DNA of 64,000 nt, from positions 39,271-103,270 of the forward strand of contig CAVVMW010000028.1 of assembly GCA_963749495.1 (NCBI GenBank), given 5' to 3'. A model generated the notes under the pieces. It was not told the DNA's origin. It did not search any database and worked only from the letters and a program-made list of their open reading frames with translations. The DNA comes from an uncultured bacterium (GTDB taxonomy: Bacteria > Verrucomicrobiota > Verrucomicrobiia > Limisphaerales > UBA8199). Positions within the stretch are counted from its first letter, which is position 1, and every line of letters starts with the position of its first letter. This document shows positions 20,534 through 29,942 of the stretch, piece by piece. The translations under genes and the position numbers were made by a program.

Positions 20534-21391
20534 ATGAAGACACTCCTCTTTCTGGCCGGCGCCATGCTGGGAGCGGGCGGCGCTTTGGCCCAGGACGCCC
20601 TCAAGCCGGACAGCCCCGCTGACAAACTCGGATGGCAAGTGGCCATTCATGCCTACACCTTCAGGGAATTCCCCATAGCCGAGGCGATCGACAAGACGGC
20701 CTCCCTCGGCCTCAAATACATGAGCCTCTCGGGCAGCGTCAACCTGGGCGCTCAGAAAATGCCCCGCACCATTGACCTCCCCGATTCCGAGATGGACGCC
20801 ATCCGCAAACGGGCCCAGGACGCCGGCATCAAGCTGGTCAACATCGGCGTGGTGCAACTGCCGCCCGACGAGGCCCAAAGCCGCAAGGTCTTCGACTTCG
20901 CCAAGAAGTGGGGCATTGATACCCTGGTTGCGGAGCCCGAACCCAGTGCCATGGACCTGGTTGAGAGGCTCTGCAAAGAATACAACATCAAGGTGGCCAT
21001 CCACAATCACCCCAAGCCCTCGCGCTACTGGAATCCGGACACGGTGCTGGAGGCCGTCCAGGGCCGCAGCCCGCTCCTCGGGGCTTGCGCCGACACCGGC
21101 CACTGGATGCGCTCCGGGCTCGACCCTGTCGAGTGCCTCAAGAAACTCCGAGGGCGCATCATCTGCCTCCACTTCAAAGACCTCGCCGAGCGCTCGCTCA
21201 GGACGCACGACGTGCCCTGGGGCACCGGCGCGGGCAATGTCAAAGAAATGATGGCCGAGTTGAAACGCCAGGGCTTCCACGGCGTCTTCGGCATCGAGTA
21301 CGAATACAACTGGAAGAACTCCTTGCCCGAGATCGCCCAGGGCTTGAAGTTCTTCGACGCCACCTGCGCGGAGTTGGCAGCCACGCCCTGA
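20534..21391 (+). CDS. secreted sugar phosphate isomerase/epimerase (xylose isomerase-like TIM barrel)
   Basis: Signal peptide; IHNH, CADTGHW, HFKD, IEYE. Confidence 0.85.
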   Translation: MKTLLFLAGAMLGAGGALAQDALKPDSPADKLGWQVAIHAYTFREFPIAEAIDKTASLGLKYMSLSGSVNLGAQKMPRTIDLPDSEMDAIRKRAQDAGIKLVNIGVVQLPPDEAQSRKVFDFAKKWGIDTLVAEPEPSAMDLVERLCKEYNIKVAIHNHPKPSRYWNPDTVLEAVQGRSPLLGACADTGHWMRSGLDPVECLKKLRGRIICLHFKDLAERSLRTHDVPWGTGAGNVKEMMAELKRQGFHGVFGIEYEYNWKNSLPEIAQGLKFFDATCAELAATP

Positions 21392-21412
21392 GCGGGTGCG
21401 TGGCATAGGCCC

Positions 21413-21655
21413 TCATCGCCGCGACTGCAGGACGGTTTTCGAGAGGGAACTCCTGGATCTTGGTCCGCGCAGGACATCGGCCAGTTCCTCTTCCAGTTCA
21501 CGCCGCCGACGATCGTCGTCGGGTTCCGTGTTGGCGGGGTGGATGACCCACAATGGCTGCCCGTTGTCGGTGACTTGCACAGGCCTGCCCGCGCGGGTCA
21601 TGCGCTTGATTTTCCGCGGCTCGCGGACCAGCGTGCGCAACGTGATCGTCTTCAT
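21413..21655 (-). CDS. Phd/YefM-like antitoxin (orphan)
   Basis: MKTITLRTLVREP...GRPVQVTDNGQPL; followed by an overlapping ATG encoding only MRAYA. Confidence 0.65.
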   Translation of the reverse strand: MKTITLRTLVREPRKIKRMTRAGRPVQVTDNGQPLWVIHPANTEPDDDRRRRELEEELADVLRGPRSRSSLSKTVLQSRR

Positions 21656-21835
21656 GATGACTGACGTTAGTGGCTGACAGCTCGGCCGTCAACCCCGGTT
21701 TCCTGCCGAATCGGACCGCCGTGATCGAGTGAAAACGAGCCTGCCGCTGGATTGGCCGCCCATATTTGCCGGGAAATCATCGTCATGCTCGATTCCGGCG
21801 TTGCCAATGGCCGGGGGGCCGCCTATCGTAACGTG

Positions 21836-22489
21836 ATGCTCACATCGGTTCTGACACACCACAGCGGGCGGAGCGCGTTAGACGAGTTGCTGCAGGCTGA
21901 GCCGTCGGCCAAAGGCGCAGAGCCCGAGCAGCGAGTTGTCTTCTGCGGCATTGCCTGGAACCGCTATCTGTCGTTCGACAAGAGGCTGGGCGACGATCGG
22001 CCTGGCCCGCGCTTGTATTACTTGGATGGGGAACTCGAAATCATGACCACCTCGAACGAACACGAACGAGTCAAGAAATGGATCGGCGACTTTATGGGAG
22101 ACTATTTCCTGGAGACGGGCATAGAGGTCATGCCCCGCGGCCAGGCCACCATGCGGCTTGCTTTGAAAGAGGCCGGCGCCGAGCCGGATGAATCGTGGTG
22201 CGTCGGCCAGGAAAAGGAGTTTCCCGATCTGGTGCTGGAAATTGCCCTGACCAGCGGGGGCATCAACAAGCTGGAAATCTATCGCAGGTTCAATGTGCCC
22301 GAGGTCTGGTTCTGGCGCCGAAACCAGCTTGAGATATTCGCGCTCAACAATTCGGGGAATTACGAATCCTCACGGACCAGCCGCCTTGTTCCCGATTTGG
22401 ACATCGCCCTGCTCGAGCGTTGCGTGGGAATCAGTTCCTGGCAGCAAGCCCGGCGGACCTTCCGGGCGGCGCTATCCAAACCGCAGTGA
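21836..22489 (+). CDS. Uma2 family endonuclease
   Basis: YLDGELEIM, AEPDESW, PDLVLEIALTSGGINKLEIY, VPEVWFW. Confidence 0.88.
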   Translation: MLTSVLTHHSGRSALDELLQAEPSAKGAEPEQRVVFCGIAWNRYLSFDKRLGDDRPGPRLYYLDGELEIMTTSNEHERVKKWIGDFMGDYFLETGIEVMPRGQATMRLALKEAGAEPDESWCVGQEKEFPDLVLEIALTSGGINKLEIYRRFNVPEVWFWRRNQLEIFALNNSGNYESSRTSRLVPDLDIALLERCVGISSWQQARRTFRAALSKPQ

Positions 22490-22572
22490 TTCTCGCTGTG
22501 CCGCCTGAGCACAAGGGGCATTGGGGCGTATTCGGACACTGCCCCCGGGCGCGCGCTCTGCCTCCTGCCGAT

Positions 22573-22645
22573 GGTAGGGCGGGCAGTCCTCTGCCCGCCG
22601 CGGCCTGCACCGGCACACGGCGCGCACGGAGTGACGCGCCCTACC
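22573..22645. repeat. REP-like inverted repeat
   Basis: ggtagggcg...cgccctacc with internal hairpins. Confidence 0.7.
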
Positions 22646-22751
22646 GAGCCGCGCCCTGCCAGGGCGCGACAACGCCCGAATCCATCGCCCGAGGATTGGG
22701 GTCTGAGGGCGTCGGGCTGGGCCAGGCGCCGCGCCCGGCAGGGGCCGTCCC

Positions 22752-25700
22752 TCAGCGGTGGATGGCCTGGGGCCTCTTGGCGCGGCTGCCGGCGCGGCAG
22801 AGGGACTGGATTTCCGAGGCCATCAGCGCGCGGGCGTAGAGCCTGATCTCGTCCATCTTGCCGGCAAACCGCGTCCCCGCCCCGTCATCATAGGGCCGCA
22901 GCCCGAACCAAAGATCGCCCGTCGTCATCGGCCTCACCAGCCCGATGGCTGCCCGCTGGACGGCGTTTCCGTTGAGATACAAAGCCGCAACGCCGCTGGT
23001 CTTGCTGTAGGTCAGCGCCACATGCTGCCAGGCATTGGGCACCACCAGCCCCCCCGTGCTGAAAATCGGATGTGGCTGAAGAGCGACGTCTTTGAGGTCG
23101 GCCCACAATGACCCGGGCCCGCCGCCCGCCGGCAGTGGCCCCGAGAGCCAGAAGTTGACGCCGAAGGAGCCATTGTTCCATTCCACCAGGGGCTGCTCTG
23201 CCGCAACGTCGGCCGGGTTGATCCAGGCCGCCACGGTGAACCCGTCGCCGGCGCCCACATCCAGACTGTCCGAGGGCGGCACACGCACATCGGCGTCCAC
23301 GCCATTGAAGACCAAGGCCCGCCCCACCTCACCGGACGCAAAGGCCAGTCCTCCCTCGGCTTCCCCGTTGTTTGTGCCCGTGCTGTCCAGGGCATTGCCC
23401 TCCCCAGCCCACCACCCAACCAGACCCGAGTGTGGAGAATAGTCGGCGGCGGCCTTTTCTCTGGCGAGCCTGGCTTCGTCATAATCCTGCTGGCTGATGA
23501 CATGGGCATCCCGCAACTCCGTCATGCGCTTGAGTTTAGCGTCGGCTTGCTCAAAACCCAGGCGAGCGGCGGCGTCCTGCCGGCTTTGGCGTGCCCCCTG
23601 CTCCTTGAGCCTGGCCTCCAGACGCGTCACTTCGCTCGACCAGAGGGCGTCCTGCCGGCGGGCCAGGTCCAGCCCGGCCTGCGCCTGCTCGACCTCCGCC
23701 TTTTTGCCGGGGTGAAGCACATCCATTTGAAGCATAGCCTTGGCCGCCGCCAGCCTGGCTTGCCCATCGGCCACGCCGCGCCTGGCCTTGAGGAGTTCAT
23801 TTCGCGCTTGCGCCAGTTGCCATTCCAGGGTGGCGGTCTCATCGGCGGAATGCGGCCGCGCGCCGGCGCCAACCTCGGCTTGGGGCGCTGCGCTCGTAAC
23901 GCCAGGGGCGTACCGCTGGCACAGCCTCACGAGCACCGTCTGATCGGAGAACTCGCGCAGGATGCGCCCGTATTGCGAGCGGGCATCGTCCATCCGGCCC
24001 ATCCGGCGGTAACACTCGCCCATCCGGAAGATGGCGTTGGCCGCCAACGGCCTCTGGGCGTCGAACTGGCTGATGAGCGACTGGTAGGACTGGACCGCGG
24101 CGGCCAGGTCCAGATTGAGGTCCTCCTCGAGGATGCCGCGAGAAAGTGCTCCTTCGTTGACGGGCCGAGGCCGAGGGGCGGCTGGCGAACGGAGCACTTC
24201 GACATTCGAGGGCTCAGGGGCTGGCGGCTCAGCCTCCCAGTTCGGAATCCCGTAAGGCCCGGGCAGCACTGCGCGCGCGGTCATCCTGAAATTGCTCAGC
24301 CTCAGCCCAACGGCCTGTCCTCCGAACCCATTGCCGGTCCACGACCCCACGTGTATTTGATAGTCCCTAAGGAAGAGCGGGTTGCCGGACTGTTTGCCCG
24401 TCAGTACCCAGGCCTCGTCCGGTGAACTCCGATGATAGCCCAGGAGCGTTCCTCCCTGGCGCACCAGCCGCAGAGACCCGTGCTCATCGTCCGTGGGCAC
24501 ATTGACAAAGGGGCCCGCAATGAAGCAGTAATTCTCCCCCCGTTCAGGAGTTGACTCTCGATGCATGCCGACAAACGGCCGAAGACCCAAGCCCAGCCTC
24601 ACCCCGTTGGCCCCAGGCCAGTTCTTGAGTGTGTAATCGATGTCCACCGCGAAGTCCCCGCGCAAGGCGAAGGTCGAAATATACTCGGCACCCAACACGC
24701 TCTCACCGGTTGCCTCGGCCGAATAGTCCACGTCGAAGCCGTTGCCCGACGGGGTCATTTGCACGCCGTCGCCCGTCACGTGGCGGAGCCAGGTGGCGGC
24801 GTCGGCAAAATCGGACCTCCGCTCAGAAGGACCCGAGACCGAGCGGTTGCGCAGGGCGAGGCCCTTGTCACGCGGTGGCTCAGCCTCCCAGTTCGGAATC
24901 CCGTAAGGCCCGGGCAGCACTTTGTCCGCGGTCATGGTGAAGTTGCTCAGCCTGAACCCAACGGCCTGCCCTCCGAACCCATTACCGGTCCACGACACCA
25001 CGTTCACTTGATAGTCCTGCAGGAAGACCGGGTTGCCGGACTGCTTGCCCGTCAGTACCCAGGCCTCGTCCGGCGAACTCCGATGATAGCCCAGAATCGT
25101 TCCTCCCCTGCGCACCAGGCGCAGACTCCCCTGCTGGTCGTCGGTCGGGACATTGACAAAGGGACCCCCCGCGAAACTGTAAATCTCCCCCCATTCAACA
25201 GTCGAGGCTCGATGCGTGGAGACAAACGGCCGAATACCCACGCCCAGTCTCACCCCGTTGGCCTCAGGCCAGTTCTTGAGGGTGTAATCGATGTCGAGCG
25301 TGAAGTCCCCGCGCAGGGCGAAGGTTGAAACGTAACCGCCGCTCAACACGCCTGGGCCGCTCGCCTCGGCCGAATAGTCCACGTCGAACCCGTTGCCCGA
25401 CGGTCTCACTTGCACGCCGTCGCCCGCCACCTGCCGGGTCCAGGTCGCGGCGTCGGCAAAATCGGACCTCTTGTGAGAGCCGCCGGGGTCGGACAAGTCC
25501 CCCGTGGTTAAGCCGGTCGATGGGTTGCCAAGCTGGGAACTCTGCTCAGAGGCACCCGACGGCGGCGCAGCGGCTTGGGGCTGCTCGGCCTGGTCCGCCG
25601 GTTCGGCCGCCACCGCGGTGCAGGCACTCACCCAGGCCGCAGCCAACAGGCCCGCCAACCCTGCGGGCACACACTGCCGAAACCTCGGGCGGCGCAGATG

Positions 25701-25976
25701 GGTTCTTGGCACCTGCGGTCGGTCGGTCGCCCTCTTCCCCTCACCCCGGCCCTCTCCCCATCGGATGGGGAGAGGGAGCAGCAAGGCATGGCTGTCACAA
25801 GCTCCGGCGCGCCGGGATTCCTCGACCGACCCGCGACGGTCCACCCTCTCCCCATCCGATGGGGAGAGGGCCGGGGTGAGGGGCTGCCCCGCTTTGCTCG
25901 CGGCGTTCAAAAACCGATCGCCCAACCTCGAATAGGCATGCAATTTATCTTGGTGTTGTTGTTTCATAGCAAGCAT
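22752..25976 (-). CDS. secreted multidomain protein: duplicated beta-sandwich, TPR, coiled coil, C-terminal LamG
   Basis: Two 198-aa repeats; AANAIFRMGECYRRMGR TPR; GLVGWW..WQHVALTY..LYLNG..MDEIRLY; start uncertain because a REP lies in the 5' part. Confidence 0.75.
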   Translation of the reverse strand: MLAMKQQHQDKLHAYSRLGDRFLNAASKAGQPLTPALSPSDGERVDRRGSVEESRRAGACDSHALLLPLPIRWGEGRGEGKRATDRPQVPRTHLRRPRFRQCVPAGLAGLLAAAWVSACTAVAAEPADQAEQPQAAAPPSGASEQSSQLGNPSTGLTTGDLSDPGGSHKRSDFADAATWTRQVAGDGVQVRPSGNGFDVDYSAEASGPGVLSGGYVSTFALRGDFTLDIDYTLKNWPEANGVRLGVGIRPFVSTHRASTVEWGEIYSFAGGPFVNVPTDDQQGSLRLVRRGGTILGYHRSSPDEAWVLTGKQSGNPVFLQDYQVNVVSWTGNGFGGQAVGFRLSNFTMTADKVLPGPYGIPNWEAEPPRDKGLALRNRSVSGPSERRSDFADAATWLRHVTGDGVQMTPSGNGFDVDYSAEATGESVLGAEYISTFALRGDFAVDIDYTLKNWPGANGVRLGLGLRPFVGMHRESTPERGENYCFIAGPFVNVPTDDEHGSLRLVRQGGTLLGYHRSSPDEAWVLTGKQSGNPLFLRDYQIHVGSWTGNGFGGQAVGLRLSNFRMTARAVLPGPYGIPNWEAEPPAPEPSNVEVLRSPAAPRPRPVNEGALSRGILEEDLNLDLAAAVQSYQSLISQFDAQRPLAANAIFRMGECYRRMGRMDDARSQYGRILREFSDQTVLVRLCQRYAPGVTSAAPQAEVGAGARPHSADETATLEWQLAQARNELLKARRGVADGQARLAAAKAMLQMDVLHPGKKAEVEQAQAGLDLARRQDALWSSEVTRLEARLKEQGARQSRQDAAARLGFEQADAKLKRMTELRDAHVISQQDYDEARLAREKAAADYSPHSGLVGWWAGEGNALDSTGTNNGEAEGGLAFASGEVGRALVFNGVDADVRVPPSDSLDVGAGDGFTVAAWINPADVAAEQPLVEWNNGSFGVNFWLSGPLPAGGGPGSLWADLKDVALQPHPIFSTGGLVVPNAWQHVALTYSKTSGVAALYLNGNAVQRAAIGLVRPMTTGDLWFGLRPYDDGAGTRFAGKMDEIRLYARALMASEIQSLCRAGSRAKRPQAIHR
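25737..25883. repeat. REP-like element in the 5' region of the 22752-25976 ORF
   Basis: cccctcaccccggccctctccccatcggatggggagaggg ... ccctctccccatccgatggggagagggccggggtgagggg. Confidence 0.85.
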
Positions 25977-26035
25977 AACCTTCAGTCTTCGTTCATATAT
26001 GGCCGCGATTGTGGCGCAGGCCGGAGTGGGAGTTG

Positions 26036-26746
26036 TTACCCCTCTGTAACTTCCGGCGGCAATTCCAGGCGATAGCCCGTGCCATGAACGGTGATAATCC
26101 AGCGCGGCCGTTCGGGCTGGTCCTCGATCTTCTGGCGCAGGCCCACGATGTGCCGGTCGACGGTCCGTGTGGTCGGGAAGGCCGCGTAACCCCAGACCAC
26201 ATCCAGGAAACGGTCGCGCGAGATCACCTCGCCGGGATTCTCGAGCAGGAGGCGGAGCATCGCGAATTCCTTGGGGGTCAGTTCAAGAGGCTGGTCCTGG
26301 CGCCAGGCCCGCCGCCGGACAAAGTCAATTTTGACCTTGCCGACGGTGACGGTCGTCAGTTCGCGCGCCTGGCGCTGGGCGCGGCGCCAGAGGGCGCGCA
26401 CTCGGGCCAGCAATTCCTCGCGCGAAAAGGGTTTGACCAGGTAATCGTCGCCTCCGGCATCCAGGCCGGTGACGCGGTCCTCGACCCGGCTCCTGGCGGT
26501 GAGGAACAGGACGGGTGCGCGGTTGCCCAACCGGCGCAGTTCGGCGCAAACGGCGAAGCCGTCCAGTTTGGGCATCATGACGTCCAGCAGGATGAGGTCG
26601 GGCTTTTCCCGGATCGCCCGGTCCAACGCGCTCGGGCCGTCGGTGGCCAGCAGCACCCGGTAGCCCTGACGCTCCAGACAATCCCGCAGCACCGTGCGCA
26701 TGGGCACTTCATCCTCGACCACCAGAATGCGGGGCAGCGGGCTCAT
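26036..26746 (-). CDS. OmpR-family response regulator
   Basis: ILVVEDE, LLDVMMP, DDYLVKPF, TRTVDRHI, TVHGTGY. Confidence 0.93.
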   Translation of the reverse strand: MSPLPRILVVEDEVPMRTVLRDCLERQGYRVLLATDGPSALDRAIREKPDLILLDVMMPKLDGFAVCAELRRLGNRAPVLFLTARSRVEDRVTGLDAGGDDYLVKPFSREELLARVRALWRRAQRQARELTTVTVGKVKIDFVRRRAWRQDQPLELTPKEFAMLRLLLENPGEVISRDRFLDVVWGYAAFPTTRTVDRHIVGLRQKIEDQPERPRWIITVHGTGYRLELPPEVTEG

Positions 26747-28851
26747 GCGGGTCCATCCTGTTCGCCGCGCGGCGCCACCGGCAATTCCAGCGTGAAGCGG
26801 CTGCCCTGGCCGACCGCGCTGCGGACGCTCACCCTTCCGCCATGGGCCTGGGCAACGTATTTGACGATTGCCAGGCCCAAACCGATACCCTGGGTCTCCC
26901 GCCGCAACTCCGAGCCGCGGCGATAGAACCGTTCAAAAATCCGCTCGTGCTCTTCCAGCGGAATGCCCTCGCCCGCATCCTCGACCCAGAGGCGCAGGGT
27001 TGCCGGCCTCCGCCCGTCTTGCGAGGGGCAGCCCGGCCACCCGGGGCCACATTCCACGCCGACGGTGACACCGGCTTCGCCGGGGGAATGTTTGATGGCA
27101 TTATCGATTAGGTTGACCAGCGCCTGTTGGAGCGCGCGGCCATCCAGCTCAGCCGGCTGGCATTCTCCCTGGAACGCCGCCCTCAGCGTGACCCGCCGTT
27201 CGGCCGCGCACGGCTGCATCAGCTTTACCGTCGCCTCGACCAGCGCCCGCACGTCGGTCGGCTCGAAGCTGTATTGTTCACGGCCCTGCTCGTGCCGCGA
27301 GAAATCGAGCACGTTCTCGATGAGCCAGGAGAGCCGCCGGCATTCCTGGTTGATGAGGTGATGGTAGCCGCGGCTCAGGGCGGGGTCCGGGGCCGCTGTG
27401 TCCTCCAGCTCTTCGGACATCAAGCGGATGGAGGCAATGGGCGCCCGGAGTTCGTGCGAGACGGCCGAAACGAAGTTGCTCTTGAGCGCCCCGAGTTGCT
27501 GCTGGCGGCGAAAGGCGCGCCACGCAGCGAAAAAGCCCGCCACCACGGCCGCCACCGCCGCCGCAACGAGCGTGCCGAACCAAATCGTGCGCTTGTGCTG
27601 CAGGGCGTACAATCGGTCCGGCGCGGCCAGGCGGACCGTGACCCGGGCCTCCGGGGCGCCGCTGCCAGGCGAAAGGCCGCCCGTGCCGCCAGCCAACACC
27701 TGGCCGCCGCCTGCCGCACGGACCAGGCTCCGGCCCGCCAGATCGATCGACACCCCCAAATAGGCTGGGATGACCAGGCGTCCCAGGGCGTCGTGAACCA
27801 GTCGCCGAACCTGCTCCTCAGGCAATGCGATCAGCCAATAGTTGGTCTCCGCACCTTGCCAGATGGCCAGCCAATCGTTGGTGGGAGTCAAGCTGAGCCA
27901 CCTGGAGCGGGTCTGCACCGCGCCGTCTGCCCTATCGACGAGGCCGGCCGACCTGGCCTGGCTGTGCAGTGCCCGGGCCAATTCGTGCGTTTGCGCGACC
28001 TCCAGCCACGCGGCGGCCGGTTGCGCTTTGGCGGCCGCAGCGGCCACCTGCGCCAACAACAACTGCGACAGGGCCGAGGGCTTGACCACCGCTTGCGCGC
28101 AGAGGGCCTCGATGACCTCCTCCTTCCGGGACGGGCTCAGGCCCAAAGCGTCGGCCGCCCGCAACAACTGAATCTGCGCGTAGCTCCTCAATGGGTAGCC
28201 CGTCTCGGCCACAGCCCCCGGGTAGCGGCTGGCAACCTGCTCGAGGCATTTCAGGGCCGTATTCGTCTGGCCTTGTCTGAGTTCCAGCAGGCCCATCCGG
28301 TAACAGGCCGCCGCGGCAAAACGCTCGGGCAAGCCCTGGGCGAGGAGCCGCTCGCCGGCAGAGATGGCCATGGCGAGGTCATTGGTGGACGCGGCCGGGC
28401 CGCACATCGCCGCCCAATCGGCGCGCTGTCCCTGGCCCAACTCCTCCAGGTCGAGCGGTTCCGGAGCGGGCGCGGGTGAAAGGGGCGGCGGGTAAAGCAC
28501 GTCTCCATTGGCGCTGACCAGGCATGCAACGCGCCCAGGGGGCCTGCGGGCCAGGTCGAGCACCGGCTCGTCCTGGGGCCGGCCAGGATGCTCGCGCCAT
28601 CTTTCCAAGGCGGCTCGCTCAGAGGGCTCCAGTGCAAACGTCCGCGGCAATAAGTCCCCGACCAGGCCGTCGGCGATGAGCTTGGCCTGCTCGGCCGCCC
28701 CCCGCTCCGCCAAGAGCCGGTCCTGGCGCAACGAGTAGAAGCAGACCCCGCCCAGCACTATGGCCGGCAGCACAATGAGCACCCCCTGCCAGAAAAAGCC
28801 CGGCTTCGTCGCGCCCGCCATGCGCCTCTTGCTGGACCGGTTGACACGCAT
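26743..28851 (-). CDS. sensor histidine kinase
   Basis: Two TMs, VSHELRAP H-box, NLIDNAIK, DAGEGI, GIGLGL; start uncertain (28851 or 28821). Confidence 0.9.
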   Translation of the reverse strand: MRVNRSSKRRMAGATKPGFFWQGVLIVLPAIVLGGVCFYSLRQDRLLAERGAAEQAKLIADGLVGDLLPRTFALEPSERAALERWREHPGRPQDEPVLDLARRPPGRVACLVSANGDVLYPPPLSPAPAPEPLDLEELGQGQRADWAAMCGPAASTNDLAMAISAGERLLAQGLPERFAAAACYRMGLLELRQGQTNTALKCLEQVASRYPGAVAETGYPLRSYAQIQLLRAADALGLSPSRKEEVIEALCAQAVVKPSALSQLLLAQVAAAAAKAQPAAAWLEVAQTHELARALHSQARSAGLVDRADGAVQTRSRWLSLTPTNDWLAIWQGAETNYWLIALPEEQVRRLVHDALGRLVIPAYLGVSIDLAGRSLVRAAGGGQVLAGGTGGLSPGSGAPEARVTVRLAAPDRLYALQHKRTIWFGTLVAAAVAAVVAGFFAAWRAFRRQQQLGALKSNFVSAVSHELRAPIASIRLMSEELEDTAAPDPALSRGYHHLINQECRRLSWLIENVLDFSRHEQGREQYSFEPTDVRALVEATVKLMQPCAAERRVTLRAAFQGECQPAELDGRALQQALVNLIDNAIKHSPGEAGVTVGVECGPGWPGCPSQDGRRPATLRLWVEDAGEGIPLEEHERIFERFYRRGSELRRETQGIGLGLAIVKYVAQAHGGRVSVRSAVGQGSRFTLELPVAPRGEQDGPA

Positions 28852-28887
28852 CTGTTTAGGCCACGGTTCACGAATAGTCCGACACCC

Positions 28888-28945
28888 GAGGGGCGAGTGT
28901 CGAGTGCCGAGTGCCGAGGGGCGAGGGGCGAGGGGCGAGGGGCGA
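28888..28945. repeat. GAGGGGC/GAGTGYC heptamer tandem array
   Basis: gaggggc gagtgtc gagtgcc gagtgcc gaggggc repeated. Confidence 0.75.
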
Positions 28946-29153
28946 GAGAAACCAGATAGGCAGCCCCTCGTCGTTCGTCTCTCGCCCCTCACCCCTCGCC
29001 GCTGCCGCCCGGATACGATCGAACCAAGGTCTATGGATACATTAGCCCGGTGGCGGGAGCAGTTGTTACGGTCTTGTTACGTCGTGCGCATCCCGAGAGA
29101 CCACCCCCGAACTCACGGTGCCGGCGCGGGGCGAGTAGCGATCGAGCGTGCTT

Positions 29154-29462
29154 TTACAGCCCCAGCCAGTCCCGGACCCCAGCCTCGACCGCTGCGAGTT
29201 GCTGACCGGTCAAGCGCCCAAGAAAACGCTCTGCCTTCACCACGGGAATCGTGACTGGGTTTTGAACGAGGAAAGCGCCCGGCCTAAGAAAAGGAACAGT
29301 GGCCGCGACCTCTAAATCGGAACCTCGCAAGGTCGTAGTGTGGGGGATAACCATGATTAGCGCGCGGTCGGTGTCTTTGAAGGACCGATTCAGGACAAGC
29401 GCTGGACGCGACTTTTGTGCCAGGCCAAGGTCCACAATCCAGACCTCACGGCGGCTAGGCAC
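29154..29462 (-). CDS. PemK/MazF family toxin
   Basis: RREVWIVDLGLAQKSRPALVL, MVIPHTT, FLGRLT. Confidence 0.85.
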   Translation of the reverse strand: MPSRREVWIVDLGLAQKSRPALVLNRSFKDTDRALIMVIPHTTTLRGSDLEVAATVPFLRPGAFLVQNPVTIPVVKAERFLGRLTGQQLAAVEAGVRDWLGL

Positions 29463-29643
29463 GCGTCTCCTCCTCGTCAAGCAGCGCAAATGTCTGCGCC
29501 GCAATGGCTGTCAGTTCGGCGTCGGAAAGCGGGCCGTAATCCTGTGGCCCGACGGTGCGTGCGATGGCCTCATACACGCTCAACTGCTCTGCGCGGGGCA
29601 GCTTTATAAACTGCTCCAGGAGGGCTTGGGCATCCGCGCTCAT
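29455..29643 (-). CDS. putative cognate antitoxin (62 aa, acidic C-terminus)
   Basis: Overlaps the toxin start; ...PLSDAELTAIAAQTFALLDEEE. Confidence 0.7.
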   Translation of the reverse strand: MSADAQALLEQFIKLPRAEQLSVYEAIARTVGPQDYGPLSDAELTAIAAQTFALLDEEETRA

Positions 29644-29942
29644 GCACGTGAACATAGACTGTGGCCCCCTGGTTGGCAACACTTTGGAGAAACGCTTACA
29701 CTGCAGGAGCAGGGCCTCTTCAATTCCCAGGCCAATCGAGAGGAGACAGAGAACGGAATACACGGAATGCACAGACAGGGGCCTTCTTCCGTGTGTTCCG
29801 TGTGTTCCGTGGTTCTCAAAAAAAACCTTTAGGCGAGGATTTGGGCGTTGGGCTTGTGGTTTTCTCTTGCAGCTTCCGTTGCGCCGGGGTAAAAGGCTTC
29901 TCGAATCCTATGGCAACTGGCCATTGAAAACCTCTAACCCCT

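Noticed and set aside
24223..25469. Diversity-generating retroelement template/variable repeat pair (also 49472 vs 50722)
   Set aside because: No reverse transcriptase in the window, and the differences are not confined to adenines
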